The notes under the pieces: generated by a model
What the model saw: only the letters and a program-made list of their open reading frames with translations
Told to the model about the DNA's origin: nothing
Databases searched by the model: none
DNA from: Pseudomonadota bacterium
GTDB lineage: Bacteria; Pseudomonadota; Gammaproteobacteria; Steroidobacterales; Steroidobacteraceae
Assembly (NCBI GenBank): GCA_041180705.1
Contig: JBEGRA010000155.1
Span: 1 to 32,238, forward strand
Direction: 5' to 3'
DNA length: 32,238 nucleotides
Translations under genes and position numbers: made by a program
Part shown: positions 9,475 to 19,938 of the stretch, piece after piece
Position numbering within the stretch: position 1 is the first letter of the stretch
Layout of the letters: each line of letters starts with the position of its first letter

Positions 9475-9766
9475 TCTATTTGAACAACAAGCTGAATAAC
9501 CGCCTCATTTCAGATTTCTGGACGAACCGCCCCCACATCTTCCCCACTTTGCGTCGGTCACTACTAAGTCAGCTACGTCCGCCTAGCCGGCAAGGCTCCA
9601 TAAGACGCCCAGTTTGGAAGGCGGCCCCCCCAACCGAGGACCAGCGAGTGAGTATCGCGCCGCGATCCAAGTCACGCGTGCAGCCCAAAGCCTCCTCGGA
9701 TCGATCAATCAAACGGCAGCGTGTTCTCGGCGCTCGCGCGTCGTTAGTCGCTCGACGAAAGCAGGT

Positions 9767-11380
9767 TCAGCCGGCATCCTCCAGGATCATTTCCGCTGCA
9801 CGTTCACCGATCAGGATGCAGGGGGCATTGGTGTTGGTCGAGACCATGGTTGGCATGATCGACGCATCAGCCACCCGCAATCCCTGAAGGCCACGCACGC
9901 GCAGGCGCGGGTCAACCACTGCGTCAGGATCACTGCCCATCCGGCAGGTGCTGATCGGGTGCCACGAAGTTTGCCCGGTTTCCCGCGCATAGGCGAGCAG
10001 GGCTTCGTCGGATATCACGTCTGGGCCAGGCAGCAGTTCGCGCACGACGTGCCCTTCCGGCCCCATTTTTGCAGCTACGTCGCGGATCAGGCGCAGACCT
10101 GAAATGGTATCGCGCTGATCCTGGGAGTGTTGGAGATAATTGGCCACGATCACGGGTGGCTTTCGTGGATCCGCAGAGGCGATATGCACCGATCCGCGCG
10201 AGAGCGGGCGGATCTGGAAAGTCCCCAGTGTCATGCCCGGGCAACTATCTGTCCCCTTGCCGTTGCCGCTGTAGCGATCCGCGCCGCTCATCATGGCAAT
10301 CTGGATCTTGGTATCGGCGGTCTCGCTGTCTGGACGGGATTTCATGATGGCGTGCGAGACAACGGTTGAGGTAGCGAACAGGCCTTTGCGGGTAACGAGA
10401 TATTTCAGCAGTTCGAAGGCACCATGCAACGGGCTGCCGAGAATGTCGTTGACTGTCCGCTCGCCCTCTACTTCGAAGGACATCCGCACCTGCAGGTGGT
10501 CGTGGAGGTTCTCCCCGACCTGCGCCAGTGCATGGTGCGGCGTCACCCCGGCGGCAGCCAGGATGGCTGGGTTGCCGACCCCGGACCGTTCAAGGATCGC
10601 CGGCGATTCGATCGAACCCGCGCACAGGATCACTTCACGCCGCGCACGGACCCGTTTTCGCATGCCGCCATGCAGATAGGCAACGCCGGTGCACCGCGTG
10701 CCATCAAAGGTCAGCGTGTCGGCCAAGGCCCCTGTCAACAGGGTGAGATTGCGGCGCCGCTTGGCCGGCCTCAGGTAGCCGACCGCGGTTGAACAACGGC
10801 GGCCCTTGCGGATCGACATTTGCAGATCGGCGACACCGACATTGTCAACGGCGTTATAGTCTTCAAGCGGCTGTGCCCCGAGCGCTTCGCAGGCCTGCTT
10901 GAAAGCCTCGGACACTGCCGAGCGATGCGCCACATTGGTGACAGTGATCGGCCCGTTCTGACCGCGAAAGGCCGGGTCGCCGCCCGCACGATGCTCCATG
11001 CGGCGAAAGCTGGGCAAGATATCGTTATAGCCCCACCCCTCGCACCCCAAGTCGCGCCACTCGTCCCAGCTGGCCTTGGAACCGCGGACGAACACCATGC
11101 CGTTGACGGAGCTGGAGCCGCCGAGCAGGCGGCCCTTGGGCCAATAGACCGGCTTGTGCGGAGGATCTTGGGTCTCTTCGGTAAAGTACTGCCAGACATA
11201 GCGGGGATCGGTGAGTATCTTGCCTACACCGAGCGGCACATGAATCCAAAGACCCCGGTCTACTTCACCGGCTTCGAGCAGCAGCACCTTCAGGTCTGGA
11301 CGCTCGCTCAGACGTGCCGCAACGACTGCACCCGATGAGCCTGCGCCAATCACCACATAGTCGTATTCATCCTGGCTCAT
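9767..11380 (-). CDS. GMC-family FAD oxidoreductase (choline-dehydrogenase-like)
   Basis: [26 protein letters not shown] (FAD fold), [15 protein letters not shown]-terminal HPISTCRMG and [17 protein letters not shown]. The ORF's first start is a TTG at 11398; the ATG at 11380 is preferred. Confidence 0.88.
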   Translation of the reverse strand: MSQDEYDYVVIGAGSSGAVVAARLSERPDLKVLLLEAGEVDRGLWIHVPLGVGKILTDPRYVWQYFTEETQDPPHKPVYWPKGRLLGGSSSVNGMVFVRGSKASWDEWRDLGCEGWGYNDILPSFRRMEHRAGGDPAFRGQNGPITVTNVAHRSAVSEAFKQACEALGAQPLEDYNAVDNVGVADLQMSIRKGRRCSTAVGYLRPAKRRRNLTLLTGALADTLTFDGTRCTGVAYLHGGMRKRVRARREVILCAGSIESPAILERSGVGNPAILAAAGVTPHHALAQVGENLHDHLQVRMSFEVEGERTVNDILGSPLHGAFELLKYLVTRKGLFATSTVVSHAIMKSRPDSETADTKIQIAMMSGADRYSGNGKGTDSCPGMTLGTFQIRPLSRGSVHIASADPRKPPVIVANYLQHSQDQRDTISGLRLIRDVAAKMGPEGHVVRELLPGPDVISDEALLAYARETGQTSWHPISTCRMGSDPDAVVDPRLRVRGLQGLRVADASIMPTMVSTNTNAPCILIGERAAEMILEDAG

Positions 11381-11401
11381 TCGCGACCCGTATTTCAAAA
11401 C

Positions 11402-12253
11402 CTATCCCGCGAATACCACTGTCTTGCGCCCATTGAGCAACACCCGGTGTTGCAAATGGTACCGCACCGCCCGCGCCAGTACCCTCCGCTCCACGTCACG
11501 ACCAAGCCGGACCAGATCGTCAGGCGAGTCGGCATGCGTGATCGCCTCTGCGTCCTGGTGAATGATCGGCCCTTCATCCAGATCGCCGGTCACATAATGG
11601 GCGGTGGCACCGATCATCTTGACCCCTCGTGCATGCGCCTGATGATAGGGCTTCGCGCCCTTGAAACTGGGCAGGAAGCTGTGATGAATGTTGATGCAGC
11701 GCCCGCTGTGAAACCCGGCCATCTCATCCGAAAGGATCTGCATGTAGCGCGCGAGCACGATCAGATCGGCACCGCTTTCCTCAATGAGCGTCCGGATTGC
11801 GGCTTCTTGCGCCGGTTTGGTCGCCGGCGTGACGGGCAGATAATGAAAGGGCACATCGCCCAGGATGGTGATGTTGAGAACCTCCTTCGGATGGTTGCAG
11901 ACCACCCCGACGACATCCATCGCGAGGTCACCCGTTCGGCTGCGATAGAGCAGATCGCCAAGGCAGTGATCGAATTTGGACACGAGCAAAAGCACGCGCG
12001 CACGCCGGTCACTGGGCGCCAGCTTCCAGTCCAGCTCGATTTCAGCGGCAATCGCTCCTAGCGCGGTAACCAGATTCGCTTCAGCGGCATTCGTTTCGAA
12101 AACGACCCGCATAAAGAACATGCCGGTCTCGCAATCGCCAAACTGGCTCGAATCAAGAATGTTGCCGCCATTGTCGAGAATCATCCCGCTCACACGTTGC
12201 ACGATTCCCGGCCGGTCGGGGCATGTGATTGTCAGGGTAAACGATTGCGACAT
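11402..12253 (-). CDS. purU: Formyltetrahydrofolate deformylase
   Basis: 283 aa. N-terminal ACT domain ([26 protein letters not shown]) and the formyltransferase motif [20 protein letters not shown]. Lies directly downstream of soxG, as in many sox clusters. Confidence 0.92.
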   Translation of the reverse strand: MSQSFTLTITCPDRPGIVQRVSGMILDNGGNILDSSQFGDCETGMFFMRVVFETNAAEANLVTALGAIAAEIELDWKLAPSDRRARVLLLVSKFDHCLGDLLYRSRTGDLAMDVVGVVCNHPKEVLNITILGDVPFHYLPVTPATKPAQEAAIRTLIEESGADLIVLARYMQILSDEMAGFHSGRCINIHHSFLPSFKGAKPYHQAHARGVKMIGATAHYVTGDLDEGPIIHQDAEAITHADSPDDLVRLGRDVERRVLARAVRYHLQHRVLLNGRKTVVFAG

Positions 12254-12328
12254 GAGAAAGTCCTTGAAGAATAGGTGCCTGCGATCAGTCGGAACGCAGC
12301 ACTCACGACTGCGAGCTAACGTCGGGCG

Positions 12329-12883
12329 TCAGATCAGACTGGCTTGCGCGGCAAGTGAGAGCATGGCCTGATGAAGGTGGTGCACGGCAGTGCGCGACAG
12401 GCTCTGCAGGACCATGATTTCAAAACCTTGCGCGATCGGGGTGATGATCGCGGGCATGTCTGCCAGCGGCGCACGGGCGGTTTGGCCGATTCCGAAGCGT
12501 TCGGTCCGCAGATCAAGCGGGCAGTACCGCGCAAGCACCTCCGCCGCGCCCGCACCGACCAGATGCATCACCGCCCAGGCGTCGCCCTGGTCGGTGAGAG
12601 CCGCAAATTCTGGAAGCGAAGGGGCTGCAGGCGTTGCACCAATCAGCAGATATTGATCGGTACCGAACCACAACAGCCGATGGTCTGCCGCCGCAGTCAC
12701 CTTGCCGACTTCGGGCAGAGTAAGCCCATGGCTCGCCTGAAGCGCCTTGGCCAGAGCCGAAGACTTGCCCTGGCGTGCCTGGATCGAACTGATGAAAGCC
12801 GGCGCAGCTTCGGTCAATGTCACTTGCCCGGCGCTTCGCGGAAGCAGCCCGGAAAGCGGGCTCTTTGCGACCAGATCAACCAT
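12329..12883 (-). CDS. soxG: Sarcosine oxidase subunit gamma
   Basis: The ATG at 12883 overlaps the soxA stop (ATGGTTGA), indicating translational coupling. Size ~184 aa and position after soxA fit SoxG. Confidence 0.82.
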   Translation of the reverse strand: MVDLVAKSPLSGLLPRSAGQVTLTEAAPAFISSIQARQGKSSALAKALQASHGLTLPEVGKVTAAADHRLLWFGTDQYLLIGATPAAPSLPEFAALTDQGDAWAVMHLVGAGAAEVLARYCPLDLRTERFGIGQTARAPLADMPAIITPIAQGFEIMVLQSLSRTAVHHLHQAMLSLAAQASLI

Positions 12884-15815
12884 GCAGCCTCTCCCCGTCC
12901 GGATCGACATGCACCATCGCACAAACCTCGCAGACAGCCTCGATGCCGCGGGCATTGTCTTTCATGATGATATGTTCGCCCAGCCTCGATCGGCCGTCCC
13001 TGAGGAAAGCCATTGCGATGACATGATCCAGCGAGGGCGAATGGCAATGGCTTGTCACATGGCCTTCCTCGTTGCCGAGCACCTGCCTTGCCCCCTGGCT
13101 GAACAGGAATGCCCCACCGCTGAACTGCTTGAGCGGCGACACCGGTTTCAACCCGATCAGTTCCATCTTGCCCGGACCGACCAGTGCCGAACGCTGGCTC
13201 AAAACCTTGCCGATACAATCCTTCTTGGCCGAGACCATGCCCCCGATCCCCAGAGCATCGGCGGTGTACTGGCCAGTCATCTCGGCGTGGGTGAGGTAGC
13301 CCTTCTCAATCCGAAGCGCGTTGAGCGCCTCCAGCCCGTACCAGCCGCCGCCAAGCGCCGCCGCTCGCTGGCCGAGTTCCCGCGCCAGGGCCTCGCCATA
13401 ACGCGCCGGAATGGCGATTTCATAGCTTCGCTCGCCAGAGAACGAGATACGGAACAACCTGCAGCCAATCCCGCCGATTGTCACCTCGGCGCATGCCATA
13501 TACGGGATGCGTTCGTTCGATATGTCCTCGTCGCACAACCCACTCACCAATTCGCGCGATCGCGGCCCGGCAATCGAGAACTGCGCCCACTGGTCGGTGA
13601 CCGAGAAGAATTGCACGTCGAGTTCTGGCCGCAGCACCTGCGTGCAGAATTCGAGATGGGCGAACACATCGCTGGCGGCCCCTGCGGTGGTCGTCAGCAC
13701 AAAGTGATCCTCGCCAAGCCGCGCGCAGGTCCCGTCGTCGAGCGCCATGCCGTCTTCGCGCAGCATCACCCCATAGCGGACCCGGCCCTGCTTGAGGCTG
13801 GACATGGTGTTGGCGTAGACGAGGTCGAGCAAAACTGCGGCATCCGCACCCTGCACGTCGATCTTGCCGAAGGGCGTGATGTCGGTGATCCCCACGGTCG
13901 AGCGCACCATGCGCATTTCCCGGTCGCAGGTTTGCCGCCAATGGGTTTCGCCGGGCTGCGGAAACAGGCTCGGCCTATACCAGACGCCCATTTCGATGAA
14001 ATGCGCTCCCAGTTCGCGCGCCAATGCATCGGACGGCAGGTAGCGCGATGGCGCGAAATCCTTGCCCGCACCGTGCGCGCCCAGGGCCCCCAGAGCTACG
14101 GGGGAATAGGGTGGGCGGAAGGTTGTCGTGCCGGTTTCGGGGATCGAGCGCTGAGTAAGGTCGGCCATGACCGCCAGCCCGCCGACGTTCGAAGTCTTGC
14201 CCTGGTCGGTCGCCATGCCCAGCGTGGTGTAACGCTTCATGTGTTCGACCGAACGGAAGTTCTCACGGTGGGCCAGCGCGACATCCTTGGTCGTCACATC
14301 GTTTTGCAGGTCAAGCCAGGCGCGGCCCTTGCTGCCTGTGACATGCCAGAACGGCTCAAGCCGGATCGGGGCATCTTCGGCTGCGGGAATGACGGTGGCG
14401 GGCGCCGTCTTTCCAAGATCGCCCAGCACCTCCGCCGCAGCCTCCGCTCCAGCGGAAAGCGCGGCGTGGGTGGAGAAATCACCGTTTGCAGCGCCGGCTA
14501 CCCGCATCCCCGGAATGGCATTGTCGGCCGGAACGAAAGCGGCAATGTCCTCACGCCAGACCGGACGGCCGTTCATGTGGCAAGTGAGATGCACCGACGG
14601 GTTCCAGCCACCGCTGACCGCGAGACAGTCTGTGGCCACCTTCAGCGTTCCCGAGGCTCTGCTGACCGTGATTGATTTCAGGCCGAGGCGGCCTGAGGTC
14701 CCGGTGACCTGCCCCCCGGTGATCAGCGGATAGTCGCCCATCGCCACCACATCGCTGCGGGTATCGACGACCGTGGCGATATCCGCACCGAGCCGCAGCA
14801 GATCAAGCGCGGTACGGTGGCCATCATCGTTGTTGGTGAACAGGCTGATCCGCTGCCCCGGCAACACGGCGAAGCGGTTGGCATAGCTGCGCACCGCGCT
14901 CGCCATCATCACTCCTGGGCGATCGTTGTTCGCAAAGGCGATCGGCCGTTCGATCGCGCCGCCGGCCAGGATCGTCCGCCGTGCCGCGATCCGCCAGAAT
15001 GTCTCGAGCGGAAGATGGTCCGCCGGATCGGCAAGATGATGCGAAACCCGCTGCAACGCCGCATAGGTGCCGCCATCATAGGCGCCGGTCACCGTGGTAC
15101 GCGGCATCAGGCGGACATTGGCCATGCCCGCCAGTTCGGCCGCCACTTGCGCGGCCCACCCAGCCCCGGGTTGACCGGCAATTTCGACGGTTTCGGAGTT
15201 GAGGCGGCCGCCAAAAGCAAAATCCTCGTCGGCAAGGATGACATCGAGCCCGCCGCGTGCCCCAGTCAGCGCAGCCATCAGTCCGGCGGGCCCGCCGCCG
15301 ATCACCAGAAGGTCGCAGTGGGCAAATGCCTTGTCGTAGAGCGCCCGATCGGCCTTGCCGCTGAGCCGCCCGAGTCCGGCGGCACGGCGGATGAAGGGTT
15401 CATAGACCTTCTCCCAGAACGACTTGGGCCACATGAAGGTCTTGTAGTAAAAGCCCGCGCCGAAGAACGGTGCCATCAGATCGTTCACGCTCAGCAGATC
15501 AAAAGCGAGCGACGGAAAGCGGTTCTGCGAAGCAGCGATCAAGCCTTCGTAAAGCTCTTGGGTCGTAGCGCGCACATTCGGCGTAGTCTGGTCGCCCAGC
15601 CCGAGTTGCATCAGCGCATTGGGCTCTTCGGAACCGGCGGAGAGGATCCCGCGCGGGCGGTGATATTTGAAGCTGCGCCCGACCAGACGGATATCGTTGG
15701 CCAGCAGGGCAGAGGCGAGCGTATCGCCCTTGAATCCGGCAAGGCTCTTGCCATCGAAGCTGAACCTGAGCGGCTGGGTGCGATCGATCTGACCGCCGGA
15801 TGTCAGGCGGCTCAT
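12876..15815 (-). CDS. soxA: Sarcosine oxidase subunit alpha
   Basis: ~979 aa from the ATG at 15815, which overlaps the soxD stop (ATGA). RFSFDGKSLAGFKGDTLASALLANDIRLVGRSFKYHRPRGI, dinucleotide fold DLLVIGGGPAGLMAAL, and a C-terminal aminomethyltransferase-like folate domain. Confidence 0.93.
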   Translation of the reverse strand: MSRLTSGGQIDRTQPLRFSFDGKSLAGFKGDTLASALLANDIRLVGRSFKYHRPRGILSAGSEEPNALMQLGLGDQTTPNVRATTQELYEGLIAASQNRFPSLAFDLLSVNDLMAPFFGAGFYYKTFMWPKSFWEKVYEPFIRRAAGLGRLSGKADRALYDKAFAHCDLLVIGGGPAGLMAALTGARGGLDVILADEDFAFGGRLNSETVEIAGQPGAGWAAQVAAELAGMANVRLMPRTTVTGAYDGGTYAALQRVSHHLADPADHLPLETFWRIAARRTILAGGAIERPIAFANNDRPGVMMASAVRSYANRFAVLPGQRISLFTNNDDGHRTALDLLRLGADIATVVDTRSDVVAMGDYPLITGGQVTGTSGRLGLKSITVSRASGTLKVATDCLAVSGGWNPSVHLTCHMNGRPVWREDIAAFVPADNAIPGMRVAGAANGDFSTHAALSAGAEAAAEVLGDLGKTAPATVIPAAEDAPIRLEPFWHVTGSKGRAWLDLQNDVTTKDVALAHRENFRSVEHMKRYTTLGMATDQGKTSNVGGLAVMADLTQRSIPETGTTTFRPPYSPVALGALGAHGAGKDFAPSRYLPSDALARELGAHFIEMGVWYRPSLFPQPGETHWRQTCDREMRMVRSTVGITDITPFGKIDVQGADAAVLLDLVYANTMSSLKQGRVRYGVMLREDGMALDDGTCARLGEDHFVLTTTAGAASDVFAHLEFCTQVLRPELDVQFFSVTDQWAQFSIAGPRSRELVSGLCDEDISNERIPYMACAEVTIGGIGCRLFRISFSGERSYEIAIPARYGEALARELGQRAAALGGGWYGLEALNALRIEKGYLTHAEMTGQYTADALGIGGMVSAKKDCIGKVLSQRSALVGPGKMELIGLKPVSPLKQFSGGAFLFSQGARQVLGNEEGHVTSHCHSPSLDHVIAMAFLRDGRSRLGEHIIMKDNARGIEAVCEVCAMVHVDPDGERLHG

Positions 15816-16084
15816 TTCGCACCTCGCTTCACGTCGGCGGCCAGGCGGGTCGAGGCAAATTCGTGCGAGCCCATGTTCCGTTCGGCGACGATCCAGGACC
15901 GGCACCCCATTTCGTGCAGCCACAATTCGCGGTGCGCGCCGGCGGGGTTCTCACGAAAATAGACATATTCGACAAAGGCCTGTTCGCCCGCATCGGGCGC
16001 AGGCCGGTCCATCAGTACCGCCGTGCCGAGATACTGGAACTCGCGCCGGTCGCGGCTGCCGCAGTTGGGACAATCAATACGCAT
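15812..16084 (-). CDS. soxD: Sarcosine oxidase subunit delta
   Basis: 90 aa. MRIDCPNCGSRDRREFQYLG zinc-ribbon start typical of SoxD, located between soxB and soxA. Confidence 0.9.
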   Translation of the reverse strand: MRIDCPNCGSRDRREFQYLGTAVLMDRPAPDAGEQAFVEYVYFRENPAGAHRELWLHEMGCRSWIVAERNMGSHEFASTRLAADVKRGAK

Positions 16085-16096
16085 GGTTCGTCCCCA

Positions 16097-17347
16097 TCAA
16101 TGCCGTCCGGGCCGCGGGCCGGCACCGGTCTCGTCGATCAGTTCGCCGGTTTCGAACCGCTTCAGCGTGAACTTGTCGGCGGCGGGGTGGTAATTGCCGG
16201 TGGCGATCAGGTGGGCAAAAGCATCGCCGCCGCCGGTAATCGCCTTGAACCCGCCGTAGCACCAACCGGTGTTGATGAAGAAATTCTCGACCGGCGAGCG
16301 ATCGATGATCGGCGAACCGTCCATCGTCATGTCGTTGATCCCGCCCCACGAGCGCAATAGTTTGGACTTGCCGATCATCGGCATCAGCGCCATGCCGGCC
16401 TCGGCGACATGTTCCATCATCGGCAGATTGCCGCGCTGGGCATAGCTGTTGTAACCATCGAGATCGCCGCCGAACACCAGCCCGCCCTTGTCCGACTGGC
16501 TGATGTAGAAATGGCCCATGCCGAAACCGATCACCGTCGGCAGCACGGGCTTCAGACCTTCGGTGACGAACGCTTGCAGGACATGGCTTTCAATCGGCAG
16601 GCGGAAGCCTGCCATCGCCGCCACCTCGCCCGATCTTCCCGCGACAGCCATGCCGACCTTGGTCGTCCGGATGAAGCCGCGCGAAGTCTCTACCCCGACG
16701 ACCTTGCCACCTTCGACCCTGAACCCCTGGACCGCGCAGTTCTGGATAATGTCGACCCCCAGCCGATCCGCGCCGCGGGCATAGCCCCAGACCACCGCAT
16801 CGTGCCGCGCCGTGCCGCCATTCGGGTGCCAGTGCGCGCCATAGATCGGGAAGCGGGGATCGTCGTAATTGAGGTAGGGCATCTGGCGGCGGCATTCCTC
16901 CAGGCTCCACACCTCGCCGCCGTCGCCCTCCAGCTGGCAGAAATTGGCACGGCGGGCCATGGCTTCCATCTGCGCGTCGCTGTGCCCCAGCGCGACCAGA
17001 CCGCGCTGGCTGAACATCACGTTGTAGTTCAGTTCCTGCTCGAGATTTTCCCACAGCTTGATGCAATGCGAATAGAATTTCACATTGGCCGTGCTCATGT
17101 AATTCGCGCGAATGATGGTGGTGTTTCGGCCTGAATTTCCACCACCGATGTAGCCGCGTTCAAGCACCGCGACGTTGCGGATGCCATGCACCTTGGCGAG
17201 GTAATATGCCGTTGCAAGGCCATGCCCGCCGCCGCCAACGATCACCACGTCATAGCGCTGCTTCGGCTCCGGATCACGCCAGACCGGTTTCCAAGCCTTG
17301 TTGCCGGTCAGCCCGTTGCGGAACACTTCCCATGCCGAATAGCGCAT
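16097..17347 (-). CDS. soxB: Sarcosine oxidase subunit beta
   Basis: 416 aa. MRYSAWEVFRNGL..., FAD fold YDVVIVGGGGHGLATAYYLA. First gene of the soxBDAG order. Confidence 0.93.
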   Translation of the reverse strand: MRYSAWEVFRNGLTGNKAWKPVWRDPEPKQRYDVVIVGGGGHGLATAYYLAKVHGIRNVAVLERGYIGGGNSGRNTTIIRANYMSTANVKFYSHCIKLWENLEQELNYNVMFSQRGLVALGHSDAQMEAMARRANFCQLEGDGGEVWSLEECRRQMPYLNYDDPRFPIYGAHWHPNGGTARHDAVVWGYARGADRLGVDIIQNCAVQGFRVEGGKVVGVETSRGFIRTTKVGMAVAGRSGEVAAMAGFRLPIESHVLQAFVTEGLKPVLPTVIGFGMGHFYISQSDKGGLVFGGDLDGYNSYAQRGNLPMMEHVAEAGMALMPMIGKSKLLRSWGGINDMTMDGSPIIDRSPVENFFINTGWCYGGFKAITGGGDAFAHLIATGNYHPAADKFTLKRFETGELIDETGAGPRPGRH

Positions 17348-17523
17348 CTTCTATCCTGAGCCTCTGCGGCCATGGCTGTCTAAATCGAGCGCCGACCCGA
17401 TAGAAATACGACGAATCGCTCCACCCATCCGATCACAAATGTCGGTCCGGTTCTCCGCCCCCCTGAAAAACCAAGGGAGCGGAGCGAGACAATTTGAGCC
17501 GGTTACAATTCTTGCACCGTTGC

Positions 17524-19782
17524 TCAGAAATTGACGGTCAGCGAAGCGCCAAACGTGCGCGGAGTGCGATAGGATTGCTGGATATAACCCAGGTCTCCCG
17601 TGAGATCGAATGCGTAGATCCGATTGACCTTGTTGGTGATATTCCTGACGAAGGCCGCGACTTCGAAATTCTTGTTGGCCGGTGTCCAGGCGACACGCCC
17701 GTTGAGCAGGAAGGTTGACCCTTCCGCAAGGCCCGGCTGGTTGAGATTGTCGAAGAAGATCGACGAGCTGTAATTGCCATCGACCTGGAACGCCAGCGAA
17801 CCACTGTTCGAAAGGTCGACGGTGTAGCGCGCCGAGGCATTCGCTGTGAAATCGGGGGCAAGCACCATCTTGCGGTCACGGATTGCTCCCGAGCCATCCT
17901 GGACATTCTTGACCTTGGTATCGAGCACCGAAACGCCAGCAGTGATCAGCAGGGCGTCGGTCCAGTAGCCGCTATACTCGAGCTCGCCGCCCGTGACCTT
18001 GGCATCGGCATTGAACAGCAGCTGGTTCAGGTTGCGGTAAACAAATGCCTGGCTGTCGTTGTAGTCGTAATAGAAGACGGCCCCGTTGAGGCGGTGTCGG
18101 CGATCGCCAAATTCTGTCTTGAAGCCCACTTCATAGCTGGTCAGCTTTTCCGGCTTAACCGAATAGTTCGCGGGCGCAACCGGACCAAAGCCGCTGTTGA
18201 AAGTGCCTGCCTTGTAGCCGCTGGAAACGCCGCCGTAGAGCAGCACGTTGTCACTCGGCTCCCAGACCAGCTTGGCGAGGTAAGAATTGTTGTCGGTGTC
18301 CTGCTTGGCCAGCGCGCCTATTGTCGTGCTGTCGTAGGCAATCCCGCCCGGCACGACACCCAGCAGGAAGGTTTGCGACATGTCCTTCTTGTCCTGGGTA
18401 TACCGCAGACCGCCGTTGAAGGTGAGCGTCGGTGCCAGCTTGTATTCGAACTGGCCGAACAGCGCCCAGCTCTTCGTCTGGGTGTCAAAGGCGGTAGTTC
18501 CCGAGGCCGTGCCGAAGAAGAATCCGGCTACAGGGCCTGCAAGGGTCTGCGTTCCGTCCGTTTGAAGGTTGAAGTAGTAGGCTCCCAGGTTCCACGTAAA
18601 GGCATCGCTCTTGCCCTGCAGCCGCAGCTCCTGGCTGTATTGCTTGGTATTGGAGGTGTACTGGGTGATGCAGAACACCGCCGGAGCGCTGTCACAGTCC
18701 TGTTGCTGGTTCTTCTTGAAATGCTGGTAGTTGCTGATCGAAACCAGCTCCACCCCGCCAAGATCGACATCCAGCCGCGCGGTGCCGGCATTGTAGTCCG
18801 AATTCACGAACAGGCCCGGGCTGACATTGATGTCGTTGAGGTCGCTCGTGCCGACGACGATATCGCGATGTGCCGTATCGACCCGTGAAAGGCCATCCGC
18901 ACCGAAGAACGAGGGCGCATAGCGATAGGGGTTGCCGCCGTTGTTGCGGTTGTGCGAAGTTTCACCGGACAGCAGCAACGTCGCATTGTCAGACATCTTG
19001 AACTTCAACTGGCCGCGGAACGCATAGAGATCGACCTTGTTGCCATCCTCTGCGCCCGCCGCCGTATTCTGGTTCTGCTGGATACCGCTGTTGCGATGAT
19101 ACATTGCCGAAATGCGCGCTGAAACGCCGGTCCCGAGCGGACCGCCGACTGCGCCTTCAAGATTGACATCACCAAACGATCCGCCGCCAGCGCGCAGGAA
19201 ACCATCGAGTTCATCGGTCGGCTTCTTGGTGATGTAATGAATCAGGCCGCCGGTTGCGTTGCGTCCGAACAGGGTACCCTGCGGCCCCTTGAGAACTTCG
19301 ACCCGGTTGATATCGAACAGCTGGAAGTCGAGGCTCGCGAGCGCGCCCTTGTAGGCTTCATCGACGTAAACCGCCGAGGGGCTTTCGTGGTAGTCGCGAA
19401 AATCGTTGAGGCCCACGCCGCGAATGGCAATGTTCGGGATGTTACCCGCGCCGAACACCGGCGAGATCCTGAGGCCCGGGGTCAGATCAGCCAGGTCGTT
19501 GCTGCTCTTGATCCCGGCCCGCACCAGCGCGTCACCCGAAATGGCGGTGATGGCGATCGGCGTCGACTGGGCCGATTGTTCGCGCTTTTGGGCGGTGACG
19601 ACAATCTCTTCAAGCTGCCCGTCCCGGGCTTCCGCTTGTGCCGCCTCTTGCGCCGAGGCCTGTGAGGCCGGCCAGATCAGGAGGCTGCCCGTAAGCAAGA
19701 GCGCCTTGGCAAGACCGCGGGATGCCCCAGCGATTCGAGCCCGTTCAATCCCGTTTCCGACGATAATGCTACGCTCGTTCAT
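17524..19782 (-). CDS. TonB-dependent outer-membrane receptor
   Basis: 752 aa. Signal peptide ending ASQASAQEA, plug region EEIVVTAQKREQSAQSTPIAITAISGDAL and VEVLKGPQGTLFGRNATGG, C-terminal beta-barrel ending TFGASLTVNF (terminal aromatic residue). Confidence 0.92.
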   Translation of the reverse strand: MNERSIIVGNGIERARIAGASRGLAKALLLTGSLLIWPASQASAQEAAQAEARDGQLEEIVVTAQKREQSAQSTPIAITAISGDALVRAGIKSSNDLADLTPGLRISPVFGAGNIPNIAIRGVGLNDFRDYHESPSAVYVDEAYKGALASLDFQLFDINRVEVLKGPQGTLFGRNATGGLIHYITKKPTDELDGFLRAGGGSFGDVNLEGAVGGPLGTGVSARISAMYHRNSGIQQNQNTAAGAEDGNKVDLYAFRGQLKFKMSDNATLLLSGETSHNRNNGGNPYRYAPSFFGADGLSRVDTAHRDIVVGTSDLNDINVSPGLFVNSDYNAGTARLDVDLGGVELVSISNYQHFKKNQQQDCDSAPAVFCITQYTSNTKQYSQELRLQGKSDAFTWNLGAYYFNLQTDGTQTLAGPVAGFFFGTASGTTAFDTQTKSWALFGQFEYKLAPTLTFNGGLRYTQDKKDMSQTFLLGVVPGGIAYDSTTIGALAKQDTDNNSYLAKLVWEPSDNVLLYGGVSSGYKAGTFNSGFGPVAPANYSVKPEKLTSYEVGFKTEFGDRRHRLNGAVFYYDYNDSQAFVYRNLNQLLFNADAKVTGGELEYSGYWTDALLITAGVSVLDTKVKNVQDGSGAIRDRKMVLAPDFTANASARYTVDLSNSGSLAFQVDGNYSSSIFFDNLNQPGLAEGSTFLLNGRVAWTPANKNFEVAAFVRNITNKVNRIYAFDLTGDLGYIQQSYRTPRTFGASLTVNF

Positions 19783-19870
19783 TCTACGCTCCCTTATAGG
19801 CCAATGGCATGGCTGCTACTTGTTCGCCTCCACGCGATCGGCCTTGACTGTCCGTTCGCTGCAGACGGAA

Positions 19871-19938
19871 ATTTGTGTTGCTAGTGATATCTGCAGGTTT
19901 GCAGATGGAATTGCTCGAACGTGACTATCATTTGTGTT
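19871..19938. promoter_or_regulatory. Candidate operator upstream of the TonB-dependent receptor gene
   Basis: Inverted repeat ATCTGCA-N4-TGCAGAT (19889-19906), flanked by two direct copies of ATTTGTGTT (19871-19879 and 19930-19938). Lies 90-155 bp upstream of the receptor start at 19782. Confidence 0.3.

Noticed and set aside
9468-9476. Possible junction microhomology or att-like core: GCGCAAGTC at the left junction versus GCTCAAGTA at 31023-31031 near the right junction.
   Set aside because: Only 5 contiguous identical bases (CAAGT), 7 of 9 positions overall. The right copy sits ~15 bp inside the junction inferred from the reading frame. This is well within chance for two ~40-bp search windows.
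17453-17484. Imperfect hairpin (CTCCGCCCCC ... GGGAGCGGAG) downstream of the TonB-dependent receptor gene, considered as an intrinsic terminator.
   Set aside because: On the transcribed (minus) strand the T-run falls in the loop rather than after the stem, and the stem needs a wobble or bulge. It is not convincing enough to list as a feature.
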